Notes: generated by a model not told the origin, from the sequence alone. Shown: positions 25,196 to 40,545, counted from the first letter of the stretch. The stretch: 64,000 nt of DNA from Octopus bimaculoides (GCF_001194135.2 NC_068982.1:90140819-90204818), one strand, 5' to 3'. Made by a program: numbers and translations.

Positions 25196-26948
25196 CAGTA
25201 CCGTTCCTGGGTTTAGTTTATGGTAGGCTCAATCCGTGTCCCAGTTTTGAAACACTGACACATGATTAAGTGTTTTTAGTGCATTCTACTCCATTAGAAA
25301 CATTCGAATTAAGTATGCACTAATCAAGAAAAACAAAAGCCTTCAACAATCATGGATGCTCCCCTGCTTCGTCTAAATAAACCATAAAGCTATAACACGA
25401 AACCTGAAATGACTAGATTGTTATTTGATAAACTCGCAATAGCAAGGAACTTAATAGAAATGACATCAATCTTCAAGGTGGAACCGGTTCAGAGATTCGT
25501 GGCGCTACACAGTAGTTGCCCTTATAATTATATAAAGTAAAGTATACTTTTCACAAGATAAGCTATAATATTTTTGGCTTGATGAGAAAGTGTAATATTT
25601 ATCAACTCAGAAATCTAAGTTATAATTCCATGGGGAAAGAGAAACTCTTCTCTTCGAACAACAGTAATATTTGTCCCAACCGCACATGAGCATGTACGTA
25701 ACACATATTTATTACTTATATGTTTATTATGGATATCATTCATTCGTGACATGACATATATTAAGTGCAAAATACGATGTTCAGTGGATTTCATAGCAAT
25801 ATTCTGCTTATGTTTCTATACCAAACTTCTACTCTTGAAACAAGAGCATATAGGTACCATAACGGTATCATACTTTCAGAGGTATTTGGACCCTGCATTG
25901 CAATCAGTAGAAATACATGTCCTTTGATAGTGATCCGGCAGGATTGAACATCTATATATATGACATTAATATTACAGCGACTAGTGTCTGTATGTAGAAA
26001 TGTGTACGTTGTACTCATTAATATTATGTTTCTTTGCCATGAACACCGTAAAGTGTCGTTCATAGCACAGGATTGGCTAACGCTTCGCATGAGATGATCT
26101 CCAAAACATAATTATATGTATATGTGTTTGTGTGTCTGTGTGATGCTTGAGATAGAAATATAAAGGAAGAGAGAGAAGGGAAGAGCGGGAGAGGCAAGAG
26201 AGAAAAAAGACATACACAAACGTAAATAGAGAAAACGGCCTCGTACAAAGTCAACGAAACTATTGTTTCCTATGTTCTTTCAGGTACAAATCACGATTGA
26301 TGTGACTTAACTAAATAGGTTATTCCTGTTCATATTGAAAGGAGGATACTGATCTTCTTATATCGTCACATAGTAAATGTCAGAAGATTAACCTGCAGCC
26401 AATAGCATTCAGCTTGCATGGAAATATATCAGGCTGTAGCTAATATTAGCATACATGGAATGAGATTAATGCTCAACTAATGTTATCTTCATATTTGAAG
26501 GAAGATTAAGCTTACTCCACTGTAATTTCCTGTACATTACACACAACTAATCTATTATCAATAATGTCCCATAAAACGCAGAACGATTAGTGCTCTGGTG
26601 AAAGTATCATCTACCCATATAAGATTAGTTCTTAAGCCAACTTTATCTAACATTCGACGACAAAGTTTAAGTTTTATAGCATCATACCACATAAATAAGA
26701 AAGGCGGTGAATGTATTGCTTTAGGAATAACACACAGTGAAATATAAAACATACAGATATGAAAATATTTTTCAAATACCAAAATTTGTAAAATAAATAT
26801 TATCATTTTTCGTAAAAATAATGTTGTAATCTGAAAATATAAACATACATAAAACAGTATACGCTTGGTATTTCATACATAGGAAATCCTGTGGATTTTA
26901 TATAAAATATATTTCTGTATTTATACAAATTTCTGTACATATACATTT

Positions 26949-26993
<45 letters not shown>

Positions 26994-29446
26994 CCTTTAT
27001 AAGTATAACACAGAGAAGAGCATTACTGATAATATATATATAAAGGTAAACAACAGGATCTACTAGATTACAATAAAAAGAAAGGCGAAGGTTATAAATG
27101 AAAATCAACTTATATATGTATATAATGTATTCAGAGATGATCTTTAGCATATAGTATTCNNNNNNNNNNNNNNNNNNNNNNNNNNNNNNNNNNNNNNNNN
27201 NNNNNNNNNNNNNNNNNNNNNNNNNNNNNNNNNNNNNNNNNNNNNNNNNNNNNNNNNNNNNNNNTATATATATATATATATATATGTATATGTATATATT
27301 CCTTTTCAGATTCTCTAATTCTTGCGGTAGGGAAATGCCTTTATTCTTTTGCTGATTTCTGACTCACACGACTTTTCGAGTCACATATGCCATGCTGTCT
27401 TAGACACCTGACCAGCATGGCTGTAGGTGACACGTAAGCCGAACAGCAGTAGCGAATGGTCCATAATGTTGACATCCATTTTCTCGTAAACAAAATAACA
27501 TTTTGCATTTGTTCGCTCCACATCTGCTTATTATGTCTTGCATGTTTTACAATTCTAACACCAGCAATATATAAATGTATGTAATCTTTGTGTGTACTAG
27601 TCGATCGTATGAAAAGGCTCACATACAATAGTGTGTGTGTGTGTCTGTCTGTCTGTGTGTCTGTTTTTCTATCTGTTTGTCTGCGTGTGTGTATGTACAA
27701 AATTGTATGTTGTATATGTAGTCCATATACACGTTTGAATATAAAGAAAAATACGAGCGTGATTTTCTTTTGATTTAAACATTTGGTATAGAAATTACAA
27801 TTTTACATTATGGTTGTTCCTGACATTTCGGTGTTATTATATCTCAGTCATAATACATTTTGAAAGCAGAACCATCTCAAACACAAATCAATAGATTATC
27901 ATTTATTTCAGATCCTTTTTATATTTTCTTTTTTTTTTTTTTTTTTTTTTTTGATATCAAACTTCGAAAGAAAATCGTGACCATAATGACAAACACGGAA
28001 TGGTCGGTGTCGAATTTTTGAAACATTGAAGAATATGAAATAATTGCAACATCTGTTGATATTTCAGATATCACCTTACAGCAACTCTAAACACTAAAAG
28101 AAAACCTGGAAGCTTTGCAACAAAACGTTAAATTAAAAGCATTATTATCACAAGAATGAAAAAAAAAATGTTACACTGATCATGTAAAAATATAAGTGTC
28201 TGACCCCTTTATAATGGCGACTTTAGCAAATAAGGTTAAAATACGTGGCGATATAAATTGAATTCTAGTGTGGCAAAGATGAGTGATTACGAGGGAGAAA
28301 TTTGGCTTCTTCAGCTTGTGTTTAGTGAGTGTGATAGAAAGACTGACACAAGTGAGTTTGAAGTGGGAAAAGCTGCCAGAAGAATGAAATGTGAAAGATC
28401 GCAGCTGGAAATAGCGAGCACTGGTTGATTGTGGAGTTGCAGATGGTTGCTGTTAAGTGTGAAGATGCAATCAGAATTCCTCTAAAATGAAAACTAAATC
28501 ACGATAACACTATAACAGGATATCGTGTTAAGATTAAGGCCTAGAGAAAGATAAAGAGAGTCAGTGGGATAAATAGAAAGATGGAGTAGAAAGAGGGAGA
28601 GTGAGAAAGCTAAAAAGATTGTGAGAAAGGGGGAGAGAGGGAAAAAGAGGGAGGTAGAGGCGGGAAAAGGGAGATAATAGATATTATCAACAAACGCACG
28701 ATTTTGTTCATGAGAAGCAGTAGCTTCTTTTATCATAGATTCTATTTCACTTTCGTTTTCCCCAATGCTCATTCAAATACTTCAGCCTAGTCATCTATGT
28801 CTCTATAGGATGTGGTTATGAGATTTGAGAAATTTGCGTCACAACCTCATGGTTCTGGATTGCATACCTCTGTGCAGCATCTTTGTCAAGTGTCTACAAC
28901 ACTCTCGGTTCGACGAAAGCTGTGCAAGTGAAAAAAAAAGTAAATACCACTCGCAGCTCTCTTTCTCTCTATATATTACACACAAACACACACATGTGCA
29001 CACACGCACAGACACACCACATACACACACGTATACACACACACACACATATACATGTGTGTGTGTGTGTGTGTGTGTGTATCAAAGGAAAAGGAAAATA
29101 AAATCAAGGCAGGTCGACTATCTCAGGTCATTTAGAATGTCTAATTAGAGTAAAGTGAATCTACTTCCCCATTTTTGATTCACCTTTTTCTAATTAAATA
29201 TTCAAAATTACCTGAGATATTCGTCCCACCTTGATTATGTTTTCCTTTTCCTTTATGATATACCTATTGACTCGGAAGTCTATTACAGATCCCTAGATCC
29301 AGCCTCAGGTGTGAGCTAGGAACCTAACGGATGACCAATTATGGCACTTACGCCGCGTACCTATTGGTATAGATCATCAGTGAACTGAACTCCTCATATT
29401 CTTTATATGTATATATATATACATATATACATATATATATAATATA

Positions 29447-29467
29447 TAGATAGATAGATAGATAGAC

Positions 29468-29520
<53 letters not shown>
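29447..29520. repeat. (GATA)n microsatellite
   Basis: Directly visible. Confidence 0.95.
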
Positions 29521-30017
29521 TGTATACGTACATATATACCGTGTATATATGCATGTATGTATGTGTGTGTGTGTGTATGTATATATGAGAAAAAGTGTAG
29601 CCTTTCTTCAGTATTTAAATTTGCTATTTTGTATCCTTTGATGTTGTATAAAGACTTCTTATTTAAGTCTTGAGTAACTTTTAGTTATTGAAGATTATCC
29701 ATACAGTAAGATATTAAGGATACCCAATTCAATAGAAGGAATTTTGTTATCTTTGTCAATCTACTAGTGTTATCTATAAAAGATACACATCTCTAACGAT
29801 CTAACAAATAAGTCCTCTGTAATTTGTATTATATAACTAATAATCAGCTTACATTAATGAAACGTACGTAAGATGGTACACTTAAATATTTCAATTTTTA
29901 TTTTGTTTTGTTTTTTCTATCTGCTCAAACTAGAATTTCATAAGAAAAGAAAATATATAATCACTTATAAGTACTGGTTTCATTTAACGCGATCTAAGGT
30001 TTAAATTGCAATGGAGG

Positions 30018-30019
<2 letters not shown>

Positions 30020-30103
<84 letters not shown>

Positions 30104-30162
30104 CACACACACACACATAAACACACACACACATAAACACACACACACACACACACACACAC
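30020..30162. repeat. (CA)n microsatellite
   Basis: Directly visible. Confidence 0.95.
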
Positions 30163-31658
30163 AAATGGCTTCCTGAAAAAGCATACGCTTCAGTTTAATT
30201 GCTCCGAAGAAGCGATAAATTGTTGCTTAACCACTCAGTTCTGAGTGTATTGCTCCTTATAGAAGAAACAGCTGTAACCTAATGAAGCTGATTAGGTAAT
30301 TCCTGTTCCCTTACACATCCAATGCACATAGATGTGTGAGTATCTCCATGTATGTATATACAGGGCTACATAACAAAGTGTTGATGTGTCGAAAGAAAAT
30401 ATCATGCATTTCGATCTCCTCCAGTAGCTTCCCTGTTAGCTTTTCCTTTTGACCTCTTCATTGATCGATCGAACAATACGAAACCAAATAAAGAGTACAA
30501 TAATACGAATAAGTATAATAATTACAAATAAATACAATAAGTATAAATAAGAACAAAGCTAAATAAAGAGAAGATTTATCGCCAAAAATGTTTTGAGCCG
30601 GTGACCCATTATGTCCGCAATTCATTGACTGAAATCAATAACAGAAATAAAAGTATGCGCCAAATTACATAAACTAAGCGTTTTGGATGTTTTTTAAGGT
30701 TGTACGTTGTTATTAATATAAACGATATTTTTTAGGTGCGATTTGAACTTGAAGATGTAATTAAATAATGTGCCACTGTACCATTTCTTTTGCCATACTG
30801 CCTTTTGGTGTTACAAATACAGCTATTCGATAATTTTAAAGGAATGAATAAATTAGATAGGTACTCTGAGACGACCCAAGAATACCATTGGTATATATTT
30901 GAACGTAAGGGTAGAATTTTTTGTTACTTAGCCTTAAGTTATTCTTAGACCAAGGCTCTCTAACTGTGACCGTGGCGTGCCTTTTGTCTATCAGGGATTA
31001 TATTGTTCAATGTGTCATTTATTTTTTAAGGGGATCGAGTATTGTATTCAGCTGCCGTGGTTATGAGAACAAGTACAGAGTAAAAGTTCCCTTGTTATAC
31101 AGAATATCGGCAACAAATTACGAACCATTTTGTTCTAAGACACGTTATCAATTCGTTCATCTGTTGATCTTGTTTGTGCATCATAAACCATGGAAATGAT
31201 GATGTTTCTGATACTTCTGTTCATTGAAGGATCCTGATAAGATATTGACTAAAGGATTTAAAATGTAAACAATGGCTGTCATAAAATCGATTCTTGTTAT
31301 GAGTTATGGCATTATTGTTACAAAAGGTTTGCTTTCCTTCACCATTTCCAAGTGCCCTCGTTTCCATCATTGTCTACAGAAGAGATTTATATTCTCCTCC
31401 CACAGTGCTATATAATTATATTTTATGGAAAATAATCTTGGCCATTTCTAAATACGTTGGTCGTTTCGAGTCAGATAAGTACTTTGCTCTTATTCAGCTG
31501 GTGCTAAATGTATTGCTGGAGGCGGAGATGATTTGATAAAGATAATATTAACATGAGATGATCTTCCACTCACAAGCAGCAAGTCAAATGTTAAGCCAAT
31601 GCAACTAAGAGTCTCTCTCTCTCTCGTTCTGTGTGTGTGTGTCTGTGTGTGTGTGTGT

Positions 31659-31707
<49 letters not shown>

Positions 31708-32133
31708 TCTTTCTCTATCTAGAGAAGAGGAAAAAACGGACAAAGGTGAAAAAAATTTGACAGTAGAAAAATATTCAGAGATAATTCACTGTGTATATGC
31801 ATTTGTTACGCGCGCATAGACACGTACGCACGCGCACGCACACACACACAAACACACACACTCACATACCACTTGCCATGTGAACAGATGTCTTCTATAT
31901 TATAGGACATAGTTTTTCTCTTAGCTCATTTATTTTTCTAGGCTATTTTTCTTGTCTCTGATAACGCTATCACCCATAATGTCATATTCTCTTCTGTTTC
32001 TTCCTTAGGTGTATTAAGCTTCACCACACACTTCACTGTTCGTTGTTTCTTTTGTTTTTGCTTTATATTTCTACCATCTTTTAGGCACATGGTTTCACTT
32101 GTCTCTTCAGACTCGTGTTATCAGGGGGATTAG

Positions 32134-32447
32134 TACATACATACATGGTGGTTGTCTACTCCTTACACAGAGTTTGACCAACTCCTGCACCTACAGCTTA
32201 TCTTTTTCATGGCGTCTAATGTGGCTTTTTAAACCAGACAGTGTTTTGAAAAAACACCCACACAGATTGCACCTCTGATTTGCACTACCAATACCTGCAA
32301 GTAAGTTCTGCTCATTGTGGATCCTGACATGTCTTTTAAAACCCCCATTGGATTTGCAAACCCTCTGGCACACATCACATTCAAACGTGTGCACAGACAT
32401 ATAATCAGAATAGCTGGTTGAAGTTTGTTTTCCATGGGTTCGCAGGT
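32134..32447 (-). mobile_element. 5'-truncated retroelement 3' end encoding two complete C2H2 zinc fingers (probably RTE-like LINE)
   Basis: Stop-free frame: LRTH...FECDVCQRVCKSNGGFKRHVRIH...RCNLCGCFFKTLSGLKSHIRRH-EKDKL*, then a 3' UTR of about 45 nt and an (ATGT)n tail; the 5' end abuts (TATG)n; no TGEKPY linkers. Confidence 0.7.
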
Positions 32448-32454
32448 ACATACA

Positions 32455-32486
<32 letters not shown>

Positions 32487-35400
32487 GACGACAGAGAGAG
32501 ATACACATACAGAGAAGGGAAGATAGAGAAAGATATATACAAAGACAGAAGTGGGGAGAATGAAAGAGAGAGAGAGGCATATGGACTGTGTTGTGTTATC
32601 TTCATCAAGATTAATGAGTTAAATGTCGAATGTTTGTTAATTTCGGAGTAAAGAGTATACTTTAGCTATTAACTCGAAACTCAATCACAGTTTAATATTT
32701 TCTCTCCCCGGCTGATTTTACAAGGTTCAGTTTCATTCAACATGCACATGTCTTTGTGAAGTCATTATCCTCCTGGGCACTATTTTCTGAGAGGCCAAAG
32801 CTAGTGAGAGTGCGAAGCTTTTTCACAATTCAAGGATTTTTCGCGTTTACAGCCTTCCATTAACACATCTCTAACACTTAAAGGCGTTGTGACAAGAGAC
32901 TGATGAAAATCTAGTAGTTGTCAGCTTGAAACAAGAACTGTGAGTTAATTCTCGTTTTGCGTGTAGGTTATTGAACCTAATATTATCTTCCATATGAAAA
33001 ATATATTGGCGCATTAAGGATGCATGAGTTGCTGTGATAAATAGTCAACCGAAGTTAGAATAACATGATGAAAAATTTGTGTGTTAGAAAATGTAATGCC
33101 ATGTCAAGAGCATTTGGCGTCTTGTTATGTGAGCGAATGAGCAAAGAAGAGTTTGATGGGAGATAATGAATAGTTATCTATAGTGAACATTTGTGTAAAG
33201 ATGGAATAAAAATGATTAACTTTAGTAGCTATAGAAACTAATTGTGTTTCACTGAAATTTATGCAAGGAGAGAAGTGGGGAGCTTGAAGAGTAAGTCTTT
33301 TAATTAGTGGCAGTAATGCAACTACTAGTATGAGAATTAGAAGGTTTTTAATTTGAAAGGTGACTGAAGGCAATACAGGAAATTACATCTGTCATCTAAT
33401 TTACAAAAGAAACAAAAATAACATAATTTTCTCACCGTCCCATGCTTTGTTTTTCAACGTGTTCTCCTCTCTCATTTCCGTCACATTTTTGTTCTCCATT
33501 TATTCTTTGCAAATTTTAGGCTTCCTTTGTGTGTATTTTTCCTTTCATAATTAATACCGTTATTGTCGCTTAGTTCACGGTTAGCTTAATTTAGCATACA
33601 TATAATCAAAGGAGTTCCAGTCATGACCACCTCATCTTTTGTATTGTCCAGTATATATTTTTTGAAGATGATAGCGTTTGACTTGTAGAAGGATGGGCTA
33701 CTAGTTTTAGTAAGTCGAGCAATGGTTTTAAGGTCCCCTTATTGGTCCAGTTTTATTAATATATTTTTATAGTGTAGATCCAAAGAAATTACACTCTTAT
33801 CAATACGTAACTCGTATATTCCACTGTAATACATTTTTTAAACAACTGGCTTAATAAATGTCGCTACTCTCTTCCACAAGTTTTCCAAAGCAATAGATAA
33901 ACCCACGAAGGTATTTAGTTCAAGATTTTCGATTTGATTTTATAACTGGTGTTTTACATCGCCTAAAACCACCGATTTTCAGTTGCAAAGTCGGAGTGAA
34001 ATTTAAAACATTCTACTAGATTTCTTACTTAATTGTTTTGATAACTTAAAAGGCCGCAAGGAAAGCAATGTGACGTACGCAACAAAATATAAGCGAAGTT
34101 CAATCTGTAGGAAAAATTTCTCATTTATTTTTCTCAAACGTTTTTCATTGTACTCAAATATAAATGAAATGAAAATCCTTATTTAAACGTTTAAATATAC
34201 ATTATGGAAATTGCAAGTTGGTCGAATAATGCATCACTCTTAATGCTAAATTTATGAAATTTAATTCGAACACACATCCGGTACCGTCACTTACTTATCA
34301 TGTACTACACAACATATGAATATGGGAACACGTCTGCTGTACTATTTCATTATCGTTTCGCCCGAAAACCTGGCAGCACCCTCAGAAAATGTTTAGTGCA
34401 AAAATAATTGAAGAGGATATGAATGTCCATGTTGACTGACTATAACTAAGGTACAGACAAATATATCACTCGTACTTGGAAGTTCAGAGCACGAAGAGCT
34501 GGAACAAATACAGCACAACAATATTACCAGTGTTCTAAGAAGTCCACGAACTCACCGTTCTGGGCTTGTACTTTATTTTATTATCCCCGGACGGTTAGAA
34601 AGCAAAGTTTAACTCGGGAGTAATATAAACTCAGAACGTAAGAACAAAGGTATACAGCAAGACATTTTGTCGGAGGAGCTAAAAATTTTAAGATATTACC
34701 GCCCTAATTAAGAATTATAATATATGGTAATCGAATTCCTTGAAAAACTAATTACTTTTATCACATTATAAAAATGTCGGGGTTCTTTAAATTAATCTCG
34801 CATTGGTTAATTCAAATACTAGATGCATGCTTGACGATTTTGCTGGAAATCTATTCCAAACAAAATCCAGCTAAAAGGAGGTAAGGAATGAAAACCTAGA
34901 TGGACAACATCGTTATACAATTTAGTTATTTGTCACTCTTCATAACGAAATTCTTTCACAGTTAAAAGCAGAGGACTTCCGAAGGTGCAATTAGAGCCCA
35001 ACTTACTAAGAGAACTGATTATTGAGTCCCTTTTACACGTAATACATTTTATGAACTATCTAGATATAATATTAATAGTAATACTTTATACCGTATATAT
35101 CCTATTCCTCTCACAAATACATGAGGTATACGTGCAGAACATTTTGTACACATTTCCTCTTTTACAAGCTTTCCACAACACATACTTTTTTCGAATCTTA
35201 CTGTTAGAAACTCGTCTCTAATACAGTTGACTGTAATACATTAAAATTAGTTTCTTTTCACTTGGAAAATCTGTGAATACACGTAACATGCTATTCTCTC
35301 TAAACACGATCAATTTGTTTAGACATTAAAACATGCATTTCCAGGTGAAGTGATTGAATGTTCATCACTTTAAATTTAATAAACATTTTTTTTTCTTACC

Positions 35401-36809
35401 ATTCATTACACATTACCTCTTTCGAAATTTCATACCTTGCTATCATGAACTACCTGAGATAATTCCTGCAGGCCAATCAACATATATTAATTTGACCTAT
35501 TATCTAACTCAGAAAGTGACTAGCATCAGTCTTCTCCTTTTGACTCCAACGATCAACTGAGATTTTTACATAATCATTATACATGCATTTAATGTTGTAT
35601 TTATTCAGTTCTACCTATTTATTTCTGTATTTCCTCATGTCTTCTGTTCTTACTTACATCACATTGCTGTTCATCTCTTATTTGCTTAAGTTCTGTTTCA
35701 TACAGAACTGTCTGGAGATTGAAGTTTACATTTTGACTCACATATTGTCAATTCTATTATTAAGGCAGCACTGATAGCAAACTTACTTTGTGCCTAAAAC
35801 AGTCGTAAATATAGCAGACGTTATCTTACTCAGTGACTTCAGTGTTAAACCAAAATTTATCCTCACTTCACATTTGGTTTCATTCAAGTGCCTTCATTTT
35901 TCAGGAGTGCATAATGTACATTCTAAAAACCTAGGGCTATTTATATTCTCACTTTTTTTAGCTAAGAAAAACAAATCGTTAATTTGAGCAAATTATTCTG
36001 AACTTCAACTGTGACAAAGTTTTTTTAACAAATTGTTAGTATTCAAATTTTCCAAAATACTTATTGTATTTGAATTACTGACTTCCCAGATGACTATTTT
36101 GTGATAACTTGATTCATCTATTTTGTCCTGGGAAACATTCTGTATAAAGGTTCTCCTTTATTTATTTTAGACTCGAAGTAATCACAATCAGAAAGTAAAC
36201 ATTGTTCTCCCGAATTAGGTAGATCTACGGTAACATCGTCATAAATTACAATACATTCACAAATGCATATGTAATTTTAACTATAAAGCTGGAAAATCTC
36301 GTGTAGAGCTAATTTACTAAAGAATGGAACCACTACGTTAAAATAACGGATTATTAAATGAGACGGTATTTAACCTAAGCTCACACTTTAGCCATGGAAA
36401 CTGGAATGGGAATTTATCAGCAGTCAGAAAATCAAAGGTTTAACAGTAAGAATCAAATACAAAGCTCTCTGATTTTTCTTCAATATTGTTAGGTTTATGC
36501 TTACAAGGATACACTGTATCTCAGCTATCCATATGAGTACACGAGTCCTTCAGATATATTTAAATTTTATGTAATGTTAAATTATCCATAAATTCAGATC
36601 TTGTCAATAAAGTCTGTTTAAAAACAATTTAAAGAACTACTATAAAAAGAAAGTAATGGATTATTTTGCTAAATATTGAAAACTAATGAACAGATTTGCT
36701 TTGTAAGATCAACTTTTAAAAGTAAATGTGGCTATAAATATACTCTTATGAAATAGTTAAACAAAACATTAATTACTTAATTTGATGTAAAAGAATATTA
36801 AGTTGAGTT

Positions 36810-36950
36810 ACGTGTTCTCACGTTCTCTTATACGGAAGTGAGGCAATACCCAGGACATTTTCAGACCTTCCCAAACTGATAAAATCGATGCAGTTGATGC
36901 TTAATTTGAGTATCTTTTCGTAGATACCAGCAGAAAAAAAATCTGGGTAG
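36810..36950 (+). pseudogene. Decayed RTE-like LINE remnant
   Basis: VLLYGSEA motif (cf. RTE VLLYGSETW); short and degenerate. Confidence 0.35.
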
Positions 36951-37019
36951 CGAGAGAATTACAGAGAATTGCAATTATCGGAAAGAATAAACATGTATAG
37001 TAGTTAAAGCAAGTGAAAC

Positions 37020-37190
37020 ACAGTGAGGGCAATGGACGTTGGGGGATATGGGTGCGCCAGGAGAATTTAGGTGGAGAAGATATTCAGATAGCTTGTTTAC
37101 AAGAGCATAGACCATTATAGGAGTGACAGAAACACAGACATGAATGTGAGTGTCTGAAATTTAGTGGTTCAAATAGGTTAGAGAAGGAAA
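37020..37190 (-). pseudogene. Decayed CR1/Jockey-group LINE C-terminal remnant
   Basis: CHSYNGLCSCKQA (cf. YRYYNGLCSSELA) followed by a HCPHCVSL-like segment. Confidence 0.4.
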
Positions 37191-38979
37191 ATTAAACAAT
37201 TAGATGAACGCTCTTGTTTTTGGTGTCTTATTGGATATTTTCATTTATGTATGTAGCAGTACACCGTTCTAGATATACTCCTATATTATTTGAGAAATGG
37301 TTATTTCCATTGCTATACCCATCTCAAGCTACTAGTTTATATTCTTCTATAAAAATAGTTAAAATAAATTTAATCTCTTGTACACATATTAGATGCTTGT
37401 AGTAAACATAGAAATCGAAATCTTCGAAGAATCACTTGTGAGAGAAGAAAGATCACGATTCAGTTTCATCACATATAGATTACATTAACCTTCTGAATGA
37501 TACATTGCGAAGAAAGTTCGCTCTGTAAATAAGAAGACTGCATTCAGTTTCTAACTCGAAGAAACTCCGGAGATGCTAATGATTCTGATAGAGTTCAAGA
37601 AATGTCCACTTACTGGTTATGTTATAATCTTAGTATTTTGAATAGAAGTGTGGAGAACGGTCCAGTAATTCTACTCCAATGACTATAAATGAGGTGTTGC
37701 ATGAAAAATAGAAGTCTAACTTTTTAAAGAAATGGAAATTAGGTTACAATGATGTAACAGATATTAAGAACGCTGGATTAAAAATCTTTGGATTGATATC
37801 GATTGAGAAATTAAGAGCAATAAGCTTTTAAATGTGAATAGTTTATTCAGTGTAATAGGAAACGCTTGGTGCAAATGTAACAAGCCTGTTTCATTTAATT
37901 GATTCATCGGGGTGAGAAGATATAACCTTACTGTCTTAAAGTGTTGCAGAAGTGGTTTTGAATGTCAAATGAATATTGAAATCAAATGTTGATGCGTTTA
38001 TTAATTTGTATTTTGCTGGTTTCAAATTAACATTTTATATATTTGCAAGATAAGGAATAGAAAAAGGGATTTGATTACTTTCAAATTAAACTATACCACT
38101 CTATTATCAGTACTGGATTTCATTTTGATGTTTTAATTAACTATCCGTGTTATGCACAGTGAGTTAACATTGGAAAATCAATAGCATTAGCAATTGCATT
38201 TTGAAAATTTAAAGTTATATTTGGAAAATAAAGAGCTGTAAGGTTCTTTTATTGAGATAATTAAAACTGTTCTGTATGAACAAAGATTGGATCCATAAGA
38301 CGTACACTAATCATTTCATCGAATTCCTTTATCTACATCACAGTTTGGTCTTTGTAAAGAAGAACGTTTGCAATTCTGGCAAGAAGCGTTTATTCTGAAT
38401 AATTCGAAACATTGTATTAACATTTCAAGAGCATATTTCCTTCATTGTCTATGGTGAAGATATTCTATAAAACGAATTGATTTTAATGACATTGATTTTA
38501 ATACTTTACTTTCAAATTTATTATTCGAGGTAAATTAAAGCCGAAGGAAACTAAGATTTTCAACCGGTTAAACGTTTCACTTTATATAATTGCAGTGGAG
38601 GATGTGATTTGAATGTAACTTAAATTTTAGGAACTTATACACCCACAAAGGATTTTTATTCAAATATATAATAGATAGCTTTAAAGGTATTCGAGTCACT
38701 CAACTCAGTCTCTGTTTACTCGGCTCTCTTCATCTGTATGTCTATATTTATCTCTCTCTCTTTCTCTCTCACATACATACATAAACACATACATAAATAT
38801 GTGTGTGTCTGTGAAAAAGGTAGAAGCAGGGAAATGAAAGCAATAGAGAGGGATATAAAGAGATATATTGATAGGTAAATATCTAATTCCTAGTCTCTGA
38901 CCTACAGATATACTGTTACTTCACGCTTTCTTTTCTTTTCTACAATGGTCTTTCCTCCTCTAATATAATGATCTCTGCT

Positions 38980-39390
38980 TCACAGTGATGGCTACATTCG
39001 CACTTTCAACACTCAGGCCCCTCATTGTCACTCGTCTCTACACTTCCTAGGCTTTTCATGAACCCAATTACCATTTTTTTGTACTAACCACAATACCCAA
39101 ACCTTTCAACCTAGAATATTGTCTTTCTGGAATCTGGTCGTTCATTTCTTTCCTAAATTCGCAACAGTCTATACGGAACATTAACGATATGAGTTTCACT
39201 AGTCACGGAAATCTGCTAGGGATATTGGCTCATCTTGCATTGCTACAGGAACTTGAATCTCTGTTGGAATCGTAGGGGCACCGATGTGACATAGAGCTCA
39301 TATTGGGCATATAAACCTATGGCGGCTTGCCTCTCACCTTATCTGGCATAGCGGTTTGCTCCTCAGAAAGGGACACTAAAAAAGAAGGAG
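38980..39390 (+). pseudogene. Decayed CR1/Jockey-group LINE 3' end
   Basis: TQTFQPRILSFWNL...FP (cf. SF.PRT..LWNSLP), followed by UTR-like sequence and a short A run. Confidence 0.45.
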
Positions 39391-39670
39391 AGGGCAAAAG
39401 AGGGAAGAATCAAATCTACTTTTGGACTGGTATTTGCTGACGCCGAAGAGTGAAAAGAAATTTTGACCTCGGTGAGAGAAAAAATACTACAGTTAATTTG
39501 GTCCGACGCTACACCGACTCAGATGGATTGAAACAGTGAAATAGAAACATAAATACCTCAACAAATAATGACATACGTAGTTAACCATATAAGTCTACGT
39601 ATCTGGGAGTAAGCGTGTCAATGCATGGACAATACATCTTGGAATACGGAAATCACTTGAAAGGTTACAA

Positions 39671-39724
<54 letters not shown>

Positions 39725-40545
39725 TTTCTTTTTTATATGTTCTTCTATGATGAGATTTCATTCAGTGGTCTTTTGTTAATTACAGTATTTCTCATATATA
39801 TATTATAGCTATATAATTCTATTTTCTATCATTTATATCACAAACAAATATATTCTGACATGCGTTCACAACGATATATNNNNNNNNNNNNNNNNNNNNN
39901 NNNNNNNNNNNNNNNNNNNNNNNNNNNNNNNNNNNNNNNNNNNNNNNNNNNNNNNNNNNNNNNNNNNNNNNNNNNNNNNNNNNNNNNNNNNNNNNNNNNN
40001 NNNNNNNNNNNNNNNNNNNNNNNNNNNNNNNNNNNNNNNNNNNNNNNNNNNNNNNNNNNNNNNNNNNNNNNNNNNNNNNNNNNNNNNNNNNNNNNNNNNN
40101 NNNNNNNNNNNNNNNNNNNNNNNNNNNNNNNNNNNNNNNNNNNNNNNNNNNNNNNNNNNNNNNNNNNNNNNNNNNNNNNNNNNNNNNNNNNNNNNNNNNN
40201 NNNNNNNNNNNNNNNNNNNNNNNNNNNNNNNNNNNNNNNNNNNNNNNNNNNNNNNNNNNNNNNNNNNNNNNNNNNNNNNNNNNNNNNNNNNNNNNNNNNN
40301 NNNNNNNNNNNNNNNNNNNNNNNNNNNNNNNNNNNNNNNNNNNNNNNNNNNNNNNNNNNNNNNNNNNNNNNNNNNNNNNNNNNNNNNNNNNNNNNNNNNN
40401 NNNNNNNNNNNNNNNNNNNNNNNNNNNNNNNNNNNNNNNNNNNNNNNNNNNNNNNNNNNNNNNNNNNNNNNNNNNNNNNNNNNNNNNNNNNNNNNNNNNN
40501 NNNNNNNNNNNNNNNNNNNNNNNNNNNNNNNNNNNNNNNNNNNNN

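Noticed and set aside
27404-27433. 30-nt plus-strand candidate exon HLTSMAVGDT (GPCR TM2-like)
   Set aside because: Too short, moderate acceptor, no partner exons.
32065-32116. Minus-strand CTGAAGA-G-ac-aa-gt-GAAAC
   Set aside because: The cleavage position would be G and no stem I complement exists.
32191-32420. Host C2H2 zinc-finger gene of the cephalopod expansion
   Set aside because: No start codon or splice acceptor outside the microsatellite, non-canonical linkers, and a microsatellite tail about 45 nt after the stop.
32893-32960. CTGATGA...GAAAC hammerhead-like core on the plus strand
   Set aside because: Stem II is only 4/5 bp (AATCT/AGCTT), stem III is not formed and stem I is offset by 2 nt; at best a badly decayed copy.
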